DNA of 64,000 nucleotides from Mollicutes bacterium (GCA_012799635.1 JAAZKW010000003.1:603-64602), one strand, 5' to 3'. Numbered from the stretch's first letter, positions 10,262 through 21,287 are shown. Notes: a model not told the origin generated them from the letters alone. A program made the numbers and translations.

Positions 10262-13200
10262 ATGAAAAAAAAGCATTTATTATTTATTTTTATATTTATA
10301 TCTGCATTAATGCTCTTTTTTGTTCCTAAAAATAAGTTAACTACAATTGAATTTAAACCAAATATTATGTTTTATAATCCTTCGGTATATGATAATACTG
10401 AATTTGTTACTAGATGGAAAACGGATGTAAGTGGTGTAAATCCCAATGCAGTAACTTTAAGTTTTAATTTAAAAGGCACAGCTTGGTATGAAGTTTCTTG
10501 GACATGTAATGGTACATATGAGCCAGTGTTTAATCCTATACATACTCATGAATATGCTACGGCAGGTACTTATGATGTATGTATTAGAACTGCTTATCCA
10601 CTTCATTTTTATGCTCCAGGATTGACTGACAATGATAAAGCAAAGCTTTTAGAAGTTAAACAATGGGGAAATATTAAGTGGTCAAGTTTTAGAGAATCTT
10701 TTAAAGGTATGACAAATATGGATATTACTGCCGAAGACATTCCTAATTTATCTAATGTTACTGATATGGCATATGCTTTTGAAGGTGCTTCTAATCTTAT
10801 TGGAAACGAAGCAATGAAAAATTGGGATACTAGTAAAGTAATTAATATGAATAGTTTATTTAGGTATGCTAACAATTTTAATGCTCCAATTGGTGATTGG
10901 AATACGATTAGTGTAACTGATATGAAATTAATGTTTAGTGAAGCCTTTTTATTTAATCAGGATATTGGTAATTGGAAAACTGAAAATGTAACAAGTATGG
11001 CCCATATGTTTTATAAAGCTTCTTCGTTTAATCAGAATATTGGTTCTTGGGATATTAGTGAAAATACTTCTATGCTTTGTATGTTTGAAGAAGCAACTAA
11101 TTTTAATAATGGTGCAGCTGCAGGAGAAGTAGGAGAGCCACTTCTTTGGAACACTTCAAAAGTTACTACAATGCAAAGACTTTTTAGACACGCAAGTAGT
11201 TTTAATTCTCCGATTAATAATTGGGATACTTCAAATGTAACAAACATGATAAGGGTGTTTTCAGGTGCAGCAAGCTTTAATCAACCATTAAACAATTGGA
11301 AAACAGGAAACGTTACTTCAATGAGAGAAATGTTTAGGGGCGCTTCGGAATTTAATCAAAATATTAGTAGTTGGGACATTTCAAAGGTAACAGATTTATC
11401 AAATATGTTTTGGTCTGCTAGTTCTTTTAATAATGGGCAAGCTCCAGGAGAGGAAACAGCACCATTAAATTGGACTACAAGTAGTGTTACTGATATGGCT
11501 TATATGTTTTATTATGCTCCATCATTTAATCAACCACTAAACGGTTGGAATACTTCATCTGTAACTAATATGACAGCTATGTTTGGTTCTGCAACTTCGT
11601 TTAATCAAGATATTGGGAATTGGAGAACTGAAAATGTAACAAATATGAGTAGCATGTTTAACAATGCCTCTAGTTTTAATAATGGTGAAAAAACTAATGG
11701 TGGTAGTAAAGCATTAAATTGGAATACTTCAAAAGTAGAAAATATGAGTAGAATGTTTTATTGGGCAATAACATTTAATCAACCAATAAATAGTTGGAAT
11801 ACTTCTTTAGTTACCACTACCAGACAAATGTTTGAACGTGCAGAAAAGTTTAATCAACCTTTAAGTAATTGGAAAATGGGAAATGTAACTGATATGTCAG
11901 GTATGTTTGCTGCTGCTTTAGTTTTTAATCAAGATATAAGCGGATGGAACACTAGTAATGTAGTTAATATGTCTTATTTATTTAGACTTGCGGGTGATTT
12001 TAATAAAGATATTGGTTCTTGGAATACTTCAAGTGTAACCGATATGTCTTTTATGTTTGATTATGCAACTTCGTTTAATCAAGATATTTCAAAATGGGAA
12101 ATTGAAAGTGTATCAAGAATTAGTTATTTTATAAGTAATTCAGACATGAAGCCAAATAATTATGATAAATTGTTGACTTCTTTTAGTCAGCAAAATATTA
12201 TTTCGGGATTATCCTTAGGAGCTGTTGGTATTTATTATTGTAATGCCAAAACTGCTAGAGATACTTTAACAAATCATCCGAATAATTGGCGTATTAGTGA
12301 TGCAGGCAAAAATTGTCCGCCAGTGGATCTAAAATTATCTGAAAATGAAATATTTGAAAACACTAAAAAGGTAGGTACTATTTCTGCAATTGATCCAGAG
12401 GGTCAAGAAGTTGTATATATATTGATTGATGGAGAGGGTTCTGAAGACAATGATAAGTTTATCTTAGATTATCAAACAGGTAAATTATCATTTAAAGAAG
12501 CCCCAGATTTTGAAAATCCAACAGATATCGGAGAACCACTCACTACAAACACTTATTCAATTCGTGTAAGAGCAATTGATGATATTGGTAGTTATAAAGA
12601 AAAAGTCTTTGTTATAACAGTAAAAGATGCTGATGATGTTCCGCCAGTAATTGAGATAAAGTCTATAACAAAAGATTCTGTTGGTCCAATTACTGATACA
12701 ACAATAGAAATAAGTGATAGATTTTCAATTGCCGATGTAGATGTAACTAGTTTAAGTACCGCTATTGTAGATGATCTTGTTTGTACTCCAAATAATCCAG
12801 AACAAACAGACGATCTTGATTTCCCGTTTGAAAATAAAAATCCTGTAGCAGGTAATCATTTAAAAATTACTTGTACGCTAAGAATAAAATCAACAGGTAA
12901 GTTAGTCGTAATTGCTGAAGATTTATTAGGTTACCAGTCAATTGCTGAAGAAAAAAATTACTTCATTAGTACTTTAGGGCCAGATTTTAAACGAAAAGAA
13001 GTTGATGTAACAAGTAGTGGTAATGATATTAATAATCCGATGTTATATATTGAAATGGTTGATGAAGAAAATATTGATAAAATAGAAATAAAATATATTT
13101 CGCCAACAGGTGTTATTACTGAAAGATATACTGGTCCAAAACGATTACATTTAGATTCAACTGAGATGCCACATCAAATATTTATGACTGCATATAATAA

Positions 13201-15463
13201 ATCTGGTAAATATACTACTAATAAAATAGTTTATCCATCAACAATAAGCTTTCTTCCACCTAAAACAGTAAGTAATGAAACAGTTAATAATGTTCAAGTT
13301 AAAATTAAAGCTTCCGATCCAGCTAAAACAATATCAAATATAAATTTAAATGGTTCTTCAATTGAGGGTTTACAAATTACTGGTTGTGATGAACCTTCAT
13401 ATACTGATGAAGTGACGTGTACTATTAATAATATAAATAAATCAGGCATTGTTATGGTTCAAGCAACTGATGATGATACTGGAGTAATTGGTTGTAATAC
13501 TTTAAAGTTTATTATAGATGAAAATAAACCTTCTTTAATTGTTAATACTCCAACTTTACTTAGTAATAATTCAATTACTGATACTAAAGTAGTTCTAACA
13601 GATGATAATTATACAGAAAAAATAGAAATTGATATAAATTCAACTGCTTTGACAAGTAACTTTGTTTGTACTAAAGAACTTGATGGTTCAATTGAGTGTG
13701 CTTTAAGTGTTGATTCAACAGGTTCTGTTATATTTAAAGGTTATGATAAAGCAGGAAATTTTGAAACTAAAACAGTTAATTATACTGTCGATAAAGAAAG
13801 CCCAAATATTGCGATTGATAATGATTTTATTTACTTTGATAATATTGAGAGTTATAAATTTAAGGGGACATGTACTTTTGGAGATAATGATTTACTTTTA
13901 ACAATAACAAATGGAATAACAACAAATAAAAATGTGCCTTGCCTAAATGATAATACTTGGGAATATACTTTAGATATGAGTTCTTATCATGATGGATCAT
14001 TACTTGTGTCATTATCACAAAGTGATAAAGTAGGAAATGAATCATATATAACTAAAACGATTGTAAAAGATACAAAAGGTCCGGCATTATATTTTGATGG
14101 TCTTGATTTTGTTAATAGTCAAAATCAAAATAATTATGTAATTAAAGGATATTGTGAAGCAGATAATAATGTTAGTTTAAAAGTAAATGATGATAATTAT
14201 GCTATAAATTGTAATAGTCATGTATTTGAAAAAGAATTAAATCTTTCAAATATTGTTGATGGTGATATCTTTTTAACCATTACTCAAAGTGATGATAAAG
14301 GAAATGTTACTACAATAGATGATATCTTAATAAAAAATACTACAAGACCTAATATTAATATTAAAAATGTAGGTGCAAAGGTTACAAATCAAGCAACAAT
14401 AAAATTTAGTTTGATATCTAGTAAAAAGATAGAAAATATTGCTAAAGATATGATCACTATTGAAGGCTCAAGTACAGCTGAAATATTAGAAATATTGAAA
14501 GTTAATAATAAGACTTTTGATATATTTGTATCAAATATGAGTAATAATGATAATATTAAATTAAAAGTAAATGCTAATACACTAGAAGATATCTATGGTA
14601 ATTTAAATTATGAAAGCATTTATTCAGGAAATTCTGTCTATTTTGATAATGAAGCTCCAGTAATTACCTTAAATGGTGATAAACAAGTTAAATTATTAAA
14701 AGGAACAGTCTATAATGAACTTGGAGTAACGTGTAAAGATAATTATGATTCAAATTGTAAAATTATAATAAACGGTGAAGTTGATACTAATGTTTTAGGT
14801 ACATATATTATAACTTATACTGCTAAAGATTTATTAAATCATGAAAGCGTTTTAATAAGAGAAATAATTATTTACGAAGGTCCTAAACCAATAACAAAAA
14901 AACCAAGAATAAGGTCTAAAAAACCAATATTAAAACAAGATGTTATAGTAGAGAAAAAAGAGGATATTTTTGAGAAAGATACTGTTAGAGAAGATTTAAT
15001 AACAAAAGAAGATTATTTAGATGTATATAAAATAGATCCAACAGACTATCATAAATCTTTAGCAAGAGCTTTAATTAAAACAAAGGGCGGATGTTCCTTA
15101 ACAAATAATCTTGAAGTATTAGATACCGATAAGATTAAAAACCCAAGAAATGTTAAGATTTTATCTGGATTAGAATATGAACTTGATTGTAGCAAAAAAG
15201 GTGAGACTAAAATAACTGTTCTTTTAGGAGAGTACTATAAAAACCCAAGTAAATTAAGGTTTTATACTATGATAAATGGAAAATTAGTTAATATATCAGA
15301 TAAAGTTCAAGTTTATAATGATGAAGATCATACATTCTTTGCATATATAGCTAATAATTCAAATAATATTTATATAGGTGAAAAAATACCAGGTTATTGG
15401 TGGTTATTATTCTTATTAATAGTACCAATATATATTGCAAGAAAAAGAAAAAGCATTAAATAA
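10262..15463 (+). CDS. giant surface protein: BspA/DUF285 leucine-rich repeats, cadherin-like and Ig-like domains, C-terminal TM anchor
   Basis: Signal/TM at the N-terminus. About 18 tandem ~26-aa units (A.sFNq.Ig.WnTs.VTnM..MF) encoded at nt ~10650-12180. Cadherin-like segment (ISAIDPEG...YSIRVRAIDD...VTVKDADD) at ~12320-12650. DUF5011-like Ig domain at ~14650-14880. Tail is GYWWLLFLLIVPIYIARKRK. Start taken at the ATG at 10262, not the GTG at 10229. Confidence 0.85.
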   Translation: MKKKHLLFIFIFISALMLFFVPKNKLTTIEFKPNIMFYNPSVYDNTEFVTRWKTDVSGVNPNAVTLSFNLKGTAWYEVSWTCNGTYEPVFNPIHTHEYATAGTYDVCIRTAYPLHFYAPGLTDNDKAKLLEVKQWGNIKWSSFRESFKGMTNMDITAEDIPNLSNVTDMAYAFEGASNLIGNEAMKNWDTSKVINMNSLFRYANNFNAPIGDWNTISVTDMKLMFSEAFLFNQDIGNWKTENVTSMAHMFYKASSFNQNIGSWDISENTSMLCMFEEATNFNNGAAAGEVGEPLLWNTSKVTTMQRLFRHASSFNSPINNWDTSNVTNMIRVFSGAASFNQPLNNWKTGNVTSMREMFRGASEFNQNISSWDISKVTDLSNMFWSASSFNNGQAPGEETAPLNWTTSSVTDMAYMFYYAPSFNQPLNGWNTSSVTNMTAMFGSATSFNQDIGNWRTENVTNMSSMFNNASSFNNGEKTNGGSKALNWNTSKVENMSRMFYWAITFNQPINSWNTSLVTTTRQMFERAEKFNQPLSNWKMGNVTDMSGMFAAALVFNQDISGWNTSNVVNMSYLFRLAGDFNKDIGSWNTSSVTDMSFMFDYATSFNQDISKWEIESVSRISYFISNSDMKPNNYDKLLTSFSQQNIISGLSLGAVGIYYCNAKTARDTLTNHPNNWRISDAGKNCPPVDLKLSENEIFENTKKVGTISAIDPEGQEVVYILIDGEGSEDNDKFILDYQTGKLSFKEAPDFENPTDIGEPLTTNTYSIRVRAIDDIGSYKEKVFVITVKDADDVPPVIEIKSITKDSVGPITDTTIEISDRFSIADVDVTSLSTAIVDDLVCTPNNPEQTDDLDFPFENKNPVAGNHLKITCTLRIKSTGKLVVIAEDLLGYQSIAEEKNYFISTLGPDFKRKEVDVTSSGNDINNPMLYIEMVDEENIDKIEIKYISPTGVITERYTGPKRLHLDSTEMPHQIFMTAYNKSGKYTTNKIVYPSTISFLPPKTVSNETVNNVQVKIKASDPAKTISNINLNGSSIEGLQITGCDEPSYTDEVTCTINNINKSGIVMVQATDDDTGVIGCNTLKFIIDENKPSLIVNTPTLLSNNSITDTKVVLTDDNYTEKIEIDINSTALTSNFVCTKELDGSIECALSVDSTGSVIFKGYDKAGNFETKTVNYTVDKESPNIAIDNDFIYFDNIESYKFKGTCTFGDNDLLLTITNGITTNKNVPCLNDNTWEYTLDMSSYHDGSLLVSLSQSDKVGNESYITKTIVKDTKGPALYFDGLDFVNSQNQNNYVIKGYCEADNNVSLKVNDDNYAINCNSHVFEKELNLSNIVDGDIFLTITQSDDKGNVTTIDDILIKNTTRPNINIKNVGAKVTNQATIKFSLISSKKIENIAKDMITIEGSSTAEILEILKVNNKTFDIFVSNMSNNDNIKLKVNANTLEDIYGNLNYESIYSGNSVYFDNEAPVITLNGDKQVKLLKGTVYNELGVTCKDNYDSNCKIIINGEVDTNVLGTYIITYTAKDLLNHESVLIREIIIYEGPKPITKKPRIRSKKPILKQDVIVEKKEDIFEKDTVREDLITKEDYLDVYKIDPTDYHKSLARALIKTKGGCSLTNNLEVLDTDKIKNPRNVKILSGLEYELDCSKKGETKITVLLGEYYKNPSKLRFYTMINGKLVNISDKVQVYNDEDHTFFAYIANNSNNIYIGEKIPGYWWLLFLLIVPIYIARKRKSIK

Positions 15464-15517
15464 TATCTATAAATATAAAATATAATTGACATAATTTACT
15501 TTAAGTAATACTATATA

Positions 15518-16018
15518 ATGCGATTGAAAGGGAAATATAATGGAAAAAAAGTTTTAAATATTAGACCAGAAGTAATAGTAAGTACGATGCTAAGTATAGG
15601 AAAAAAACCTATAACATTAAGAGAAGCATATCTTTGTGGTGAATTTTTAATAAAAGAACTACCTAAAACAGAGCATGATAAAATAAATATTACGCAAGAT
15701 AACAAAGAATATGTTTATGCTTGTTTAAAATATCCGAACTTGTTTCAATATTCTGATATTGGAAATGGAAAATTAGTTTTTTCTTTTGTAGAAGAAAGTC
15801 AAAATTTAGATAATATTTATATTGGATATGATCCCCATGAAATATTTTTGATTAAAGAAGCTGTTAAAAAATTTATTAATATGCTAATAGATATTGAAAA
15901 TAAATTAGATGAAGAAACTTTAAATAATCAATATAATCAAGATGGTCGCCATAACGAAATAATATCATGGTTTTTAAAGAGTAGAGATAATAAAGATGTC
16001 CTTTTAACTTCTAGATAA
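15518..16018 (+). CDS. hypothetical protein (166 aa)
   Basis: ORF only. TTGACA at 15486 and an AT-rich -10 lie directly upstream. The start codon is uncertain. Confidence 0.45.
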   Translation: MRLKGKYNGKKVLNIRPEVIVSTMLSIGKKPITLREAYLCGEFLIKELPKTEHDKINITQDNKEYVYACLKYPNLFQYSDIGNGKLVFSFVEESQNLDNIYIGYDPHEIFLIKEAVKKFINMLIDIENKLDEETLNNQYNQDGRHNEIISWFLKSRDNKDVLLTSR

Positions 16019-16034
16019 AATAAAAAATTACTAG

Positions 16035-17435
16035 TTATTTAGTAATTTTTTTAATTATATCTCTTGCAGCAACAAGTCCAGTGGCCGCAGCAGTAACAAT
16101 ATTTCCAGCTTTTCCAGCGCCATCTCCGATGAAATATATTGATTTATCTTTTAGTTTAAAATTATTGTCGGTTTCTATTTCATTTGAAAAGAATTTAATT
16201 TCTGGTCCATAAAGAAGGGTTTCATCATTATTAACTCCGGGAATTATTTTATCAAGCTGTTCTAAGCCTTCGACAATGTTTCTAATAATTCTATAAGGCA
16301 TTACTAGTGATAAATCCCCAGCAACACAATCTCTTAGAGTAGGGCTAATAAAACCTTTATCAATACGATGCCAGTTACTTCGTCTGTTGCTTTTTAAATC
16401 TTTAAGGGTTTGGATAATTGGCTTTTTATCTCCAAGGACATTAGCAATTCTCGCAATTGCTTCACCATATTCTCTTGTGTTAGTAACTGGTTCTGTAAGA
16501 CTTACTTTTGTAATAAAGGCAAAGTTACTATTATTTGATTTTTTTTCTTTTAAAGCAAAACCATTTACACAAATATAACCATAATAGTTTTCTTTAGCTA
16601 CATAACCTCCAGGATTTGTACAAAACGTCCTAACTTCATCACCATAAGTTTTAGTTTTAATAAAAATAGTAGGATCATATATTTGTTTAGTAATATCTTC
16701 GAGGATTTCTTTTCTTACTTCAACTCTAACTCCAATTTCAATACTTTGTGATAAATATGGAATAGAATATTTATCAGCTATTTCTTGTATCCATTTAGCT
16801 CCTGCACGACCTGGTGCAATAACAAGATTTTTAGTTTTAAATTTTTTAATATTATTTTTAATTCTAACATCAATTAGATGTTCATTTTCATTTAAACTTT
16901 CAAAATCTTCACAAAAGGCATTTTCTAAAGTTTTTACACCTTTTTTTTCAAGATAGTTAGTAATGTCTTCGATATAGGATGGAAGTTTATCACTACCTAA
17001 GTGTTTTTGCTTTATTAATAATAATCTAGCCCCATGTTTAGTAACTTCTTTTTGAATTTCTTTAGCTTTTTTTTGATTTTTAGGATATACTTCACTATCC
17101 ATTTTAAACTTATTAAATATTTCTTCAGTATCATCAATTATTTGATATGCTTCTTCTTCATTCATATATTTAAATAGATCACTTTTGCCAAGTTTAGGAA
17201 TATAATTTAACTTTCCGTCGGAGAAAGTTCCAGCACCTCCAAAACCATTCATAATATGGCATGGCTTGCAATGAAGACATTCTGTTTTTTTATTAATCAT
17301 AGGGCAATTTCTTTTTAGTGCTTTAAAACCTGAGTCGATTAATAGTATTTTTAACTTTGAATTATTTTCAATCAATTCATAAGCAGTAAACAAACCTGCA
17401 GGACCTGCTCCAACAATAATAACATCATATAACAT
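16035..17435 (-). CDS. FAD-dependent oxidoreductase (COG2509-like NAD(FAD)-utilising dehydrogenase)
   Basis: N-terminal dinucleotide-binding motif YDVIIVGAGPAGLF and C-terminal GDGAG.AGNI motif. Start is probably Met7 of the track ORF (17435), preceded by GGTGA. Confidence 0.8.
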   Translation of the reverse strand: MLYDVIIVGAGPAGLFTAYELIENNSKLKILLIDSGFKALKRNCPMINKKTECLHCKPCHIMNGFGGAGTFSDGKLNYIPKLGKSDLFKYMNEEEAYQIIDDTEEIFNKFKMDSEVYPKNQKKAKEIQKEVTKHGARLLLIKQKHLGSDKLPSYIEDITNYLEKKGVKTLENAFCEDFESLNENEHLIDVRIKNNIKKFKTKNLVIAPGRAGAKWIQEIADKYSIPYLSQSIEIGVRVEVRKEILEDITKQIYDPTIFIKTKTYGDEVRTFCTNPGGYVAKENYYGYICVNGFALKEKKSNNSNFAFITKVSLTEPVTNTREYGEAIARIANVLGDKKPIIQTLKDLKSNRRSNWHRIDKGFISPTLRDCVAGDLSLVMPYRIIRNIVEGLEQLDKIIPGVNNDETLLYGPEIKFFSNEIETDNNFKLKDKSIYFIGDGAGKAGNIVTAAATGLVAARDIIKKITK

Positions 17436-17642
17436 ATCTATCACCAATTTCATTATATAATAAAAATTGAATTATTACCATAAAAGTAATATAATAATAT
17501 TAAATTAATACAAGAATTTTTTAAAAAAGTGATAGGATGGTGGTAGATTAAATAAATTAGTTATTTTAACTAAGTTTGAAAGAATATTAATTGGTTAAAA
17601 TGATGTGTTGATGTAGCAAAACATAAATTTTTAGGAGGAATT

Positions 17643-18707
17643 ATGTTAAATGATAATGTAGGTTTAAAGAAAAACGGTGTTAAAGAAAGTTTATTTAGTA
17701 ATAGTTTAACGCAAAAGTTATTTATTTATCAATTAAATAATATAATCTTTGATTTGCAAGGCCAAATTAAAAATTATGATTTTCTTGCAAGTGATATAGA
17801 AAATGTTTATGTAAGATTAAATCAATTAATATTTATGACATTAAAAAATTATTTTAAATCGCAAATAGAACGTCTTTTTAAAAGGGAAAATCTAGGAGAT
17901 GAAAAAGCACATCAATTTTTTAATTTACTTTGTAGAGTAAATTTTGATATCAATAATCGTCTTAGAACTTTAGAAAATAAAGATGAATGTATATATACTA
18001 ATAAAGAAGAGTATGAATATTTAATAGAAAACATCAAAAAATATAACAAGACTCCTTATGCTACTGATTTACTAGAAGAAATATCAAAAGCATATTATAA
18101 ATCAAAATTAGAATATAATATTTTGAAATTTGAATTAGAATTATCATATATTAAAAATCCTCGTTTAAAAGAATTAGCGTTATATTTACTAGAAGGTTTG
18201 CCAGATAGTTTTTATGAGATGAGTGCTTCGTCAACCGGAAAAAATCATCCTTCTTTTGCTCAAGGAAGAGGAGGTCTTGTAAGACATACCAAAGCTGCTA
18301 TAGCTTTTCTTTATAATGCGCTTTCCCATCCTTATAATAGTATTAAATTTAGTAGTGATGAAAAAGATTTAATGTATATATCGATCCTTATTCACGATGG
18401 TTTTAAATATAATATCGAGAAAAGTAAAGGCACTTTATTTGAACATCCCGTCCTTGCAGTAAATTATATTAAATCAATGCAAGAAAAATGTGATTTAAAA
18501 GATGAAGAGGTTGAAATAATTAGTAATAATGTTTTAGCTCATATGGGACCATGGAATAAAGATAATCAAGAAAAAATGGAGGATTTACCTCTTCCAAAAA
18601 ATGAAATGGAATTTTTGGTACACTATGCTGATTATTTTAGTAGTAGAAAAAATTTAGATGTGCTTTATGAAGAGGGAAGCGAAGCTTTTGCTCGAAGATT
18701 AAAATAA
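17643..18707 (+). CDS. HD-domain phosphohydrolase with a ~190-aa N-terminal extension
   Basis: SSTGKNHP...GGLVRHT...ILIHDGFKY...HMGPW motifs are typical of an HD family. RBS AGGAGG. Confidence 0.75.
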   Translation: MLNDNVGLKKNGVKESLFSNSLTQKLFIYQLNNIIFDLQGQIKNYDFLASDIENVYVRLNQLIFMTLKNYFKSQIERLFKRENLGDEKAHQFFNLLCRVNFDINNRLRTLENKDECIYTNKEEYEYLIENIKKYNKTPYATDLLEEISKAYYKSKLEYNILKFELELSYIKNPRLKELALYLLEGLPDSFYEMSASSTGKNHPSFAQGRGGLVRHTKAAIAFLYNALSHPYNSIKFSSDEKDLMYISILIHDGFKYNIEKSKGTLFEHPVLAVNYIKSMQEKCDLKDEEVEIISNNVLAHMGPWNKDNQEKMEDLPLPKNEMEFLVHYADYFSSRKNLDVLYEEGSEAFARRLK

Positions 18708-18722
18708 TAAGGAGAAAAAATA

Positions 18723-19361
18723 ATGGGAATATATGATGATTTATTGCAAATAGAAAAAGAAAGCGAGGAATTATGGGGGATATATTCATCTTTGGAAAAA
18801 CAAATAATTGAAGAATGGAATATTAAAATAGGAGAAAAAGATGCTTTAAACTATACTGTTTTTAGAGATAAAGAGTTTTTAGAGAATTTTTTAAATCATT
18901 TTTCTCAAGAAGAAGGGTATTTGTATGCATTAAACACTTATAAATATTTTATGAAAGATAAATCTTTTGATCCTAAATATGTAATATTTACAAGAAGGGC
19001 AGTACCTTCTAAAGAACCAAAGCCAGAGGCCTTCTGGACTAGTGAACACAGAGTTGCTTTAGTAGGTTTAAAAAATGAAATACCAAAACCACAGCGTTAT
19101 TACACAGTTATTATGGTAACAACTTTAGATAAGCTTTTAAATCATGGTCTTGCCGAAACCTTTGGTGGAGCAAGTGATGGAGAGATTGTAATTAATCCTA
19201 AGATACCATTTGATGACTTTTTATTCTTATATAAACCTAAAAAAGAAAGGATAGAGCTTGCAGAATATATTAATGATGGTGGTAAATCTTGTGAAGAAGT
19301 TTTAATGGAATTAAAAGAAACAGCAGATGAAAGAAAAGAACAACAAGGTTTTATTAAATAA
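18723..19361 (+). CDS. hypothetical protein (212 aa)
   Basis: ORF with RBS AAGGAGA, 15 nt after the HD gene, so probably co-transcribed. Confidence 0.6.
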   Translation: MGIYDDLLQIEKESEELWGIYSSLEKQIIEEWNIKIGEKDALNYTVFRDKEFLENFLNHFSQEEGYLYALNTYKYFMKDKSFDPKYVIFTRRAVPSKEPKPEAFWTSEHRVALVGLKNEIPKPQRYYTVIMVTTLDKLLNHGLAETFGGASDGEIVINPKIPFDDFLFLYKPKKERIELAEYINDGGKSCEEVLMELKETADERKEQQGFIK

Positions 19362-19444
19362 TGATTTTATGTTATAATTAAAGTACTAAGATAAGATTAC
19401 TTGGATAATCTATTTTATAGAAGGAAGGATGGACTTTATGGATA

Positions 19445-20041
19445 ATGATAGAAAATAATTTAAATTCTGAGAAATATTTTAAAGCATCATTTATGGATGA
19501 AAAAAATAATCAAATAGATGTTAGTATAACTCTTGGAGAAAAAATAGTTATAAATGTTTCAATTGCAAATCAAGAAGAATTAACAATTCGTGCTTTTGAT
19601 GATTCTTTTCAAATGTCTATTAAGAAAGAAGATAATACTGAAAATTATTTCTTTGTTCAATTAAATGAAAAGGATAAAGAAATAGTGCACTATTCATATT
19701 ATGAAATAAAAGATCATATTGAAATAGAATCTTTTAATTCACAATTAATTTTTAATGAGATATTAGGTACAACTCGTATTAAATGTTATCATAATGGTAA
19801 TATATTAATATTTGAATCAGTAAAAGATGCTATGCTTGAACACGAAAAAGGAATGACACATTTCAATGAGATTAGACAGCTTTTAAATAATTTAATTCCA
19901 TTACCAGCAGAAGAAAAAGATGTTTTTTCATATGTTTTAAATCATTCTCTTACTACTTCAGAAAATATTCTTTATACTTTGCTTCCAATTATTGAAAGTA
20001 AATCTTTAGAAGAAAGTCAAAGAAAACGTAGTTATATTTAA
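19445..20041 (+). CDS. hypothetical protein (198 aa)
   Basis: ORF only. A GGAAGGA motif lies upstream. Confidence 0.55.
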   Translation: MIENNLNSEKYFKASFMDEKNNQIDVSITLGEKIVINVSIANQEELTIRAFDDSFQMSIKKEDNTENYFFVQLNEKDKEIVHYSYYEIKDHIEIESFNSQLIFNEILGTTRIKCYHNGNILIFESVKDAMLEHEKGMTHFNEIRQLLNNLIPLPAEEKDVFSYVLNHSLTTSENILYTLLPIIESKSLEESQRKRSYI

Positions 20042-20055
20042 AGGAATATAATAAT

Positions 20056-20754
20056 ATGAAAAAATATAATAAAGATTTAAGCTATTCATATACTTTAGGT
20101 CTTTTTCCTACTTTTGAGCTACTAAATAAGAAAAAATCCTTAGTTAAAAAAATAATATTATCTAATAAAATAACTGAAGATGTAAAAGATAAAATAATTA
20201 ATATATGTAATAAAAATAATATAAAATATATTTATGATGATAATTTTATATGTAAAGTTGCTGAAAAAGAAAATTGTTATGTAGTTGGTATTTTTGAAAA
20301 GAAGATAAACATATTAGAAGATGACAAGTCACATTTAGTTTTAGTAAATCCTTCGAATATGGGAAATGTTGGAACAATTATTAGAACAATGTTAGGTTTT
20401 AATTATAGAAATTTAGCCATAATAAAGCCTGCTGTTGATATTTTTAATCCTAAAGTAATAAGAGCCTCTATGGGTTCGATTTTTAGTGTTAATATTGCTT
20501 TTTTTGATTCGTTTGCTGAATATTTAAAAGAATATAAAAATCATAACATATATACCTTTATGTTAGATGGGAAAAACAAATTAAAAGATGTAAAGATTAA
20601 TTATCCTAACTCATTAGTATTTGGAAATGAATCAAGGGGATTAGATAAAAGTTATATTAAATATAATAGTGTAGTAATACCACATAATGATGAAATTGAC
20701 TCTTTAAATATAACAGTTGCAATTGGAATAAGTTTATATAAGTTTACGGAATAG
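20056..20754 (+). CDS. TrmH/SpoU-family RNA 2'-O-methyltransferase
   Basis: SpoU motifs NPSNMGNVGTIIRT, VFGNESRGL and SLNITVAIGISLY. Confidence 0.85.
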   Translation: MKKYNKDLSYSYTLGLFPTFELLNKKKSLVKKIILSNKITEDVKDKIINICNKNNIKYIYDDNFICKVAEKENCYVVGIFEKKINILEDDKSHLVLVNPSNMGNVGTIIRTMLGFNYRNLAIIKPAVDIFNPKVIRASMGSIFSVNIAFFDSFAEYLKEYKNHNIYTFMLDGKNKLKDVKINYPNSLVFGNESRGLDKSYIKYNSVVIPHNDEIDSLNITVAIGISLYKFTE

Positions 20755-20818
20755 TATTTATATTTACTATTGACTAAAAGTATAAATTAAGTTATTATCT
20801 TCGGGGAGGAGGTATGTT

Positions 20819-21277
20819 ATGGAAAAGCATTACAAGACAACCTCATTATTGGTGGAGGAATCAGGTTGTTATGATAAAGTGACAGGAATTATAGATTTTG
20901 AAACTACCTTTCAATTTATCAACAACTTTATTACTATCGATAATACAAAAAGGTCACAAAATGAAAAATGTTTTAATCTAATAGCAACTTCATTAGAAAA
21001 CGGAAAGGAATTTATTGTAAAACTTTTAGTTAATGCCAGTTATAAAAGATTAAATCAAAAGCTTCTTACTGAAATAGAACAACGTCTTAGACTTGTTATT
21101 GGTGCTAGTGGGAAAGCTTTTTTTATGGAATTATATAAGAAGGTACAGGAAATTACTAAATATGAGGAACTGCCATATCCAGATGTTGATGAGGTATGTT
21201 GTAAATTATCAATGAGTGAATTTATTAATAGTATAACAAATCATAATATTCAAAGAACCAAAAAACAGTCAAAATAA
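20819..21277 (+). CDS. hypothetical protein (152 aa)
   Basis: ORF with GGAGGAGG upstream. Promoter-like TTGACT-17-TATTAT at ~20771-20799. Confidence 0.55.
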   Translation: MEKHYKTTSLLVEESGCYDKVTGIIDFETTFQFINNFITIDNTKRSQNEKCFNLIATSLENGKEFIVKLLVNASYKRLNQKLLTEIEQRLRLVIGASGKAFFMELYKKVQEITKYEELPYPDVDEVCCKLSMSEFINSITNHNIQRTKKQSK

Positions 21278-21287
21278 ATGACTGTTT

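Noticed and set aside
10650-12180. Regular ~78-nt periodic repeats could be mistaken for a CRISPR or satellite array.
   Set aside because: They are in-frame coding repeats (DUF285/BspA LRR units) within one long ORF. The spacers are not unique and there are no cas genes. No CRISPR array is visible anywhere in the window.
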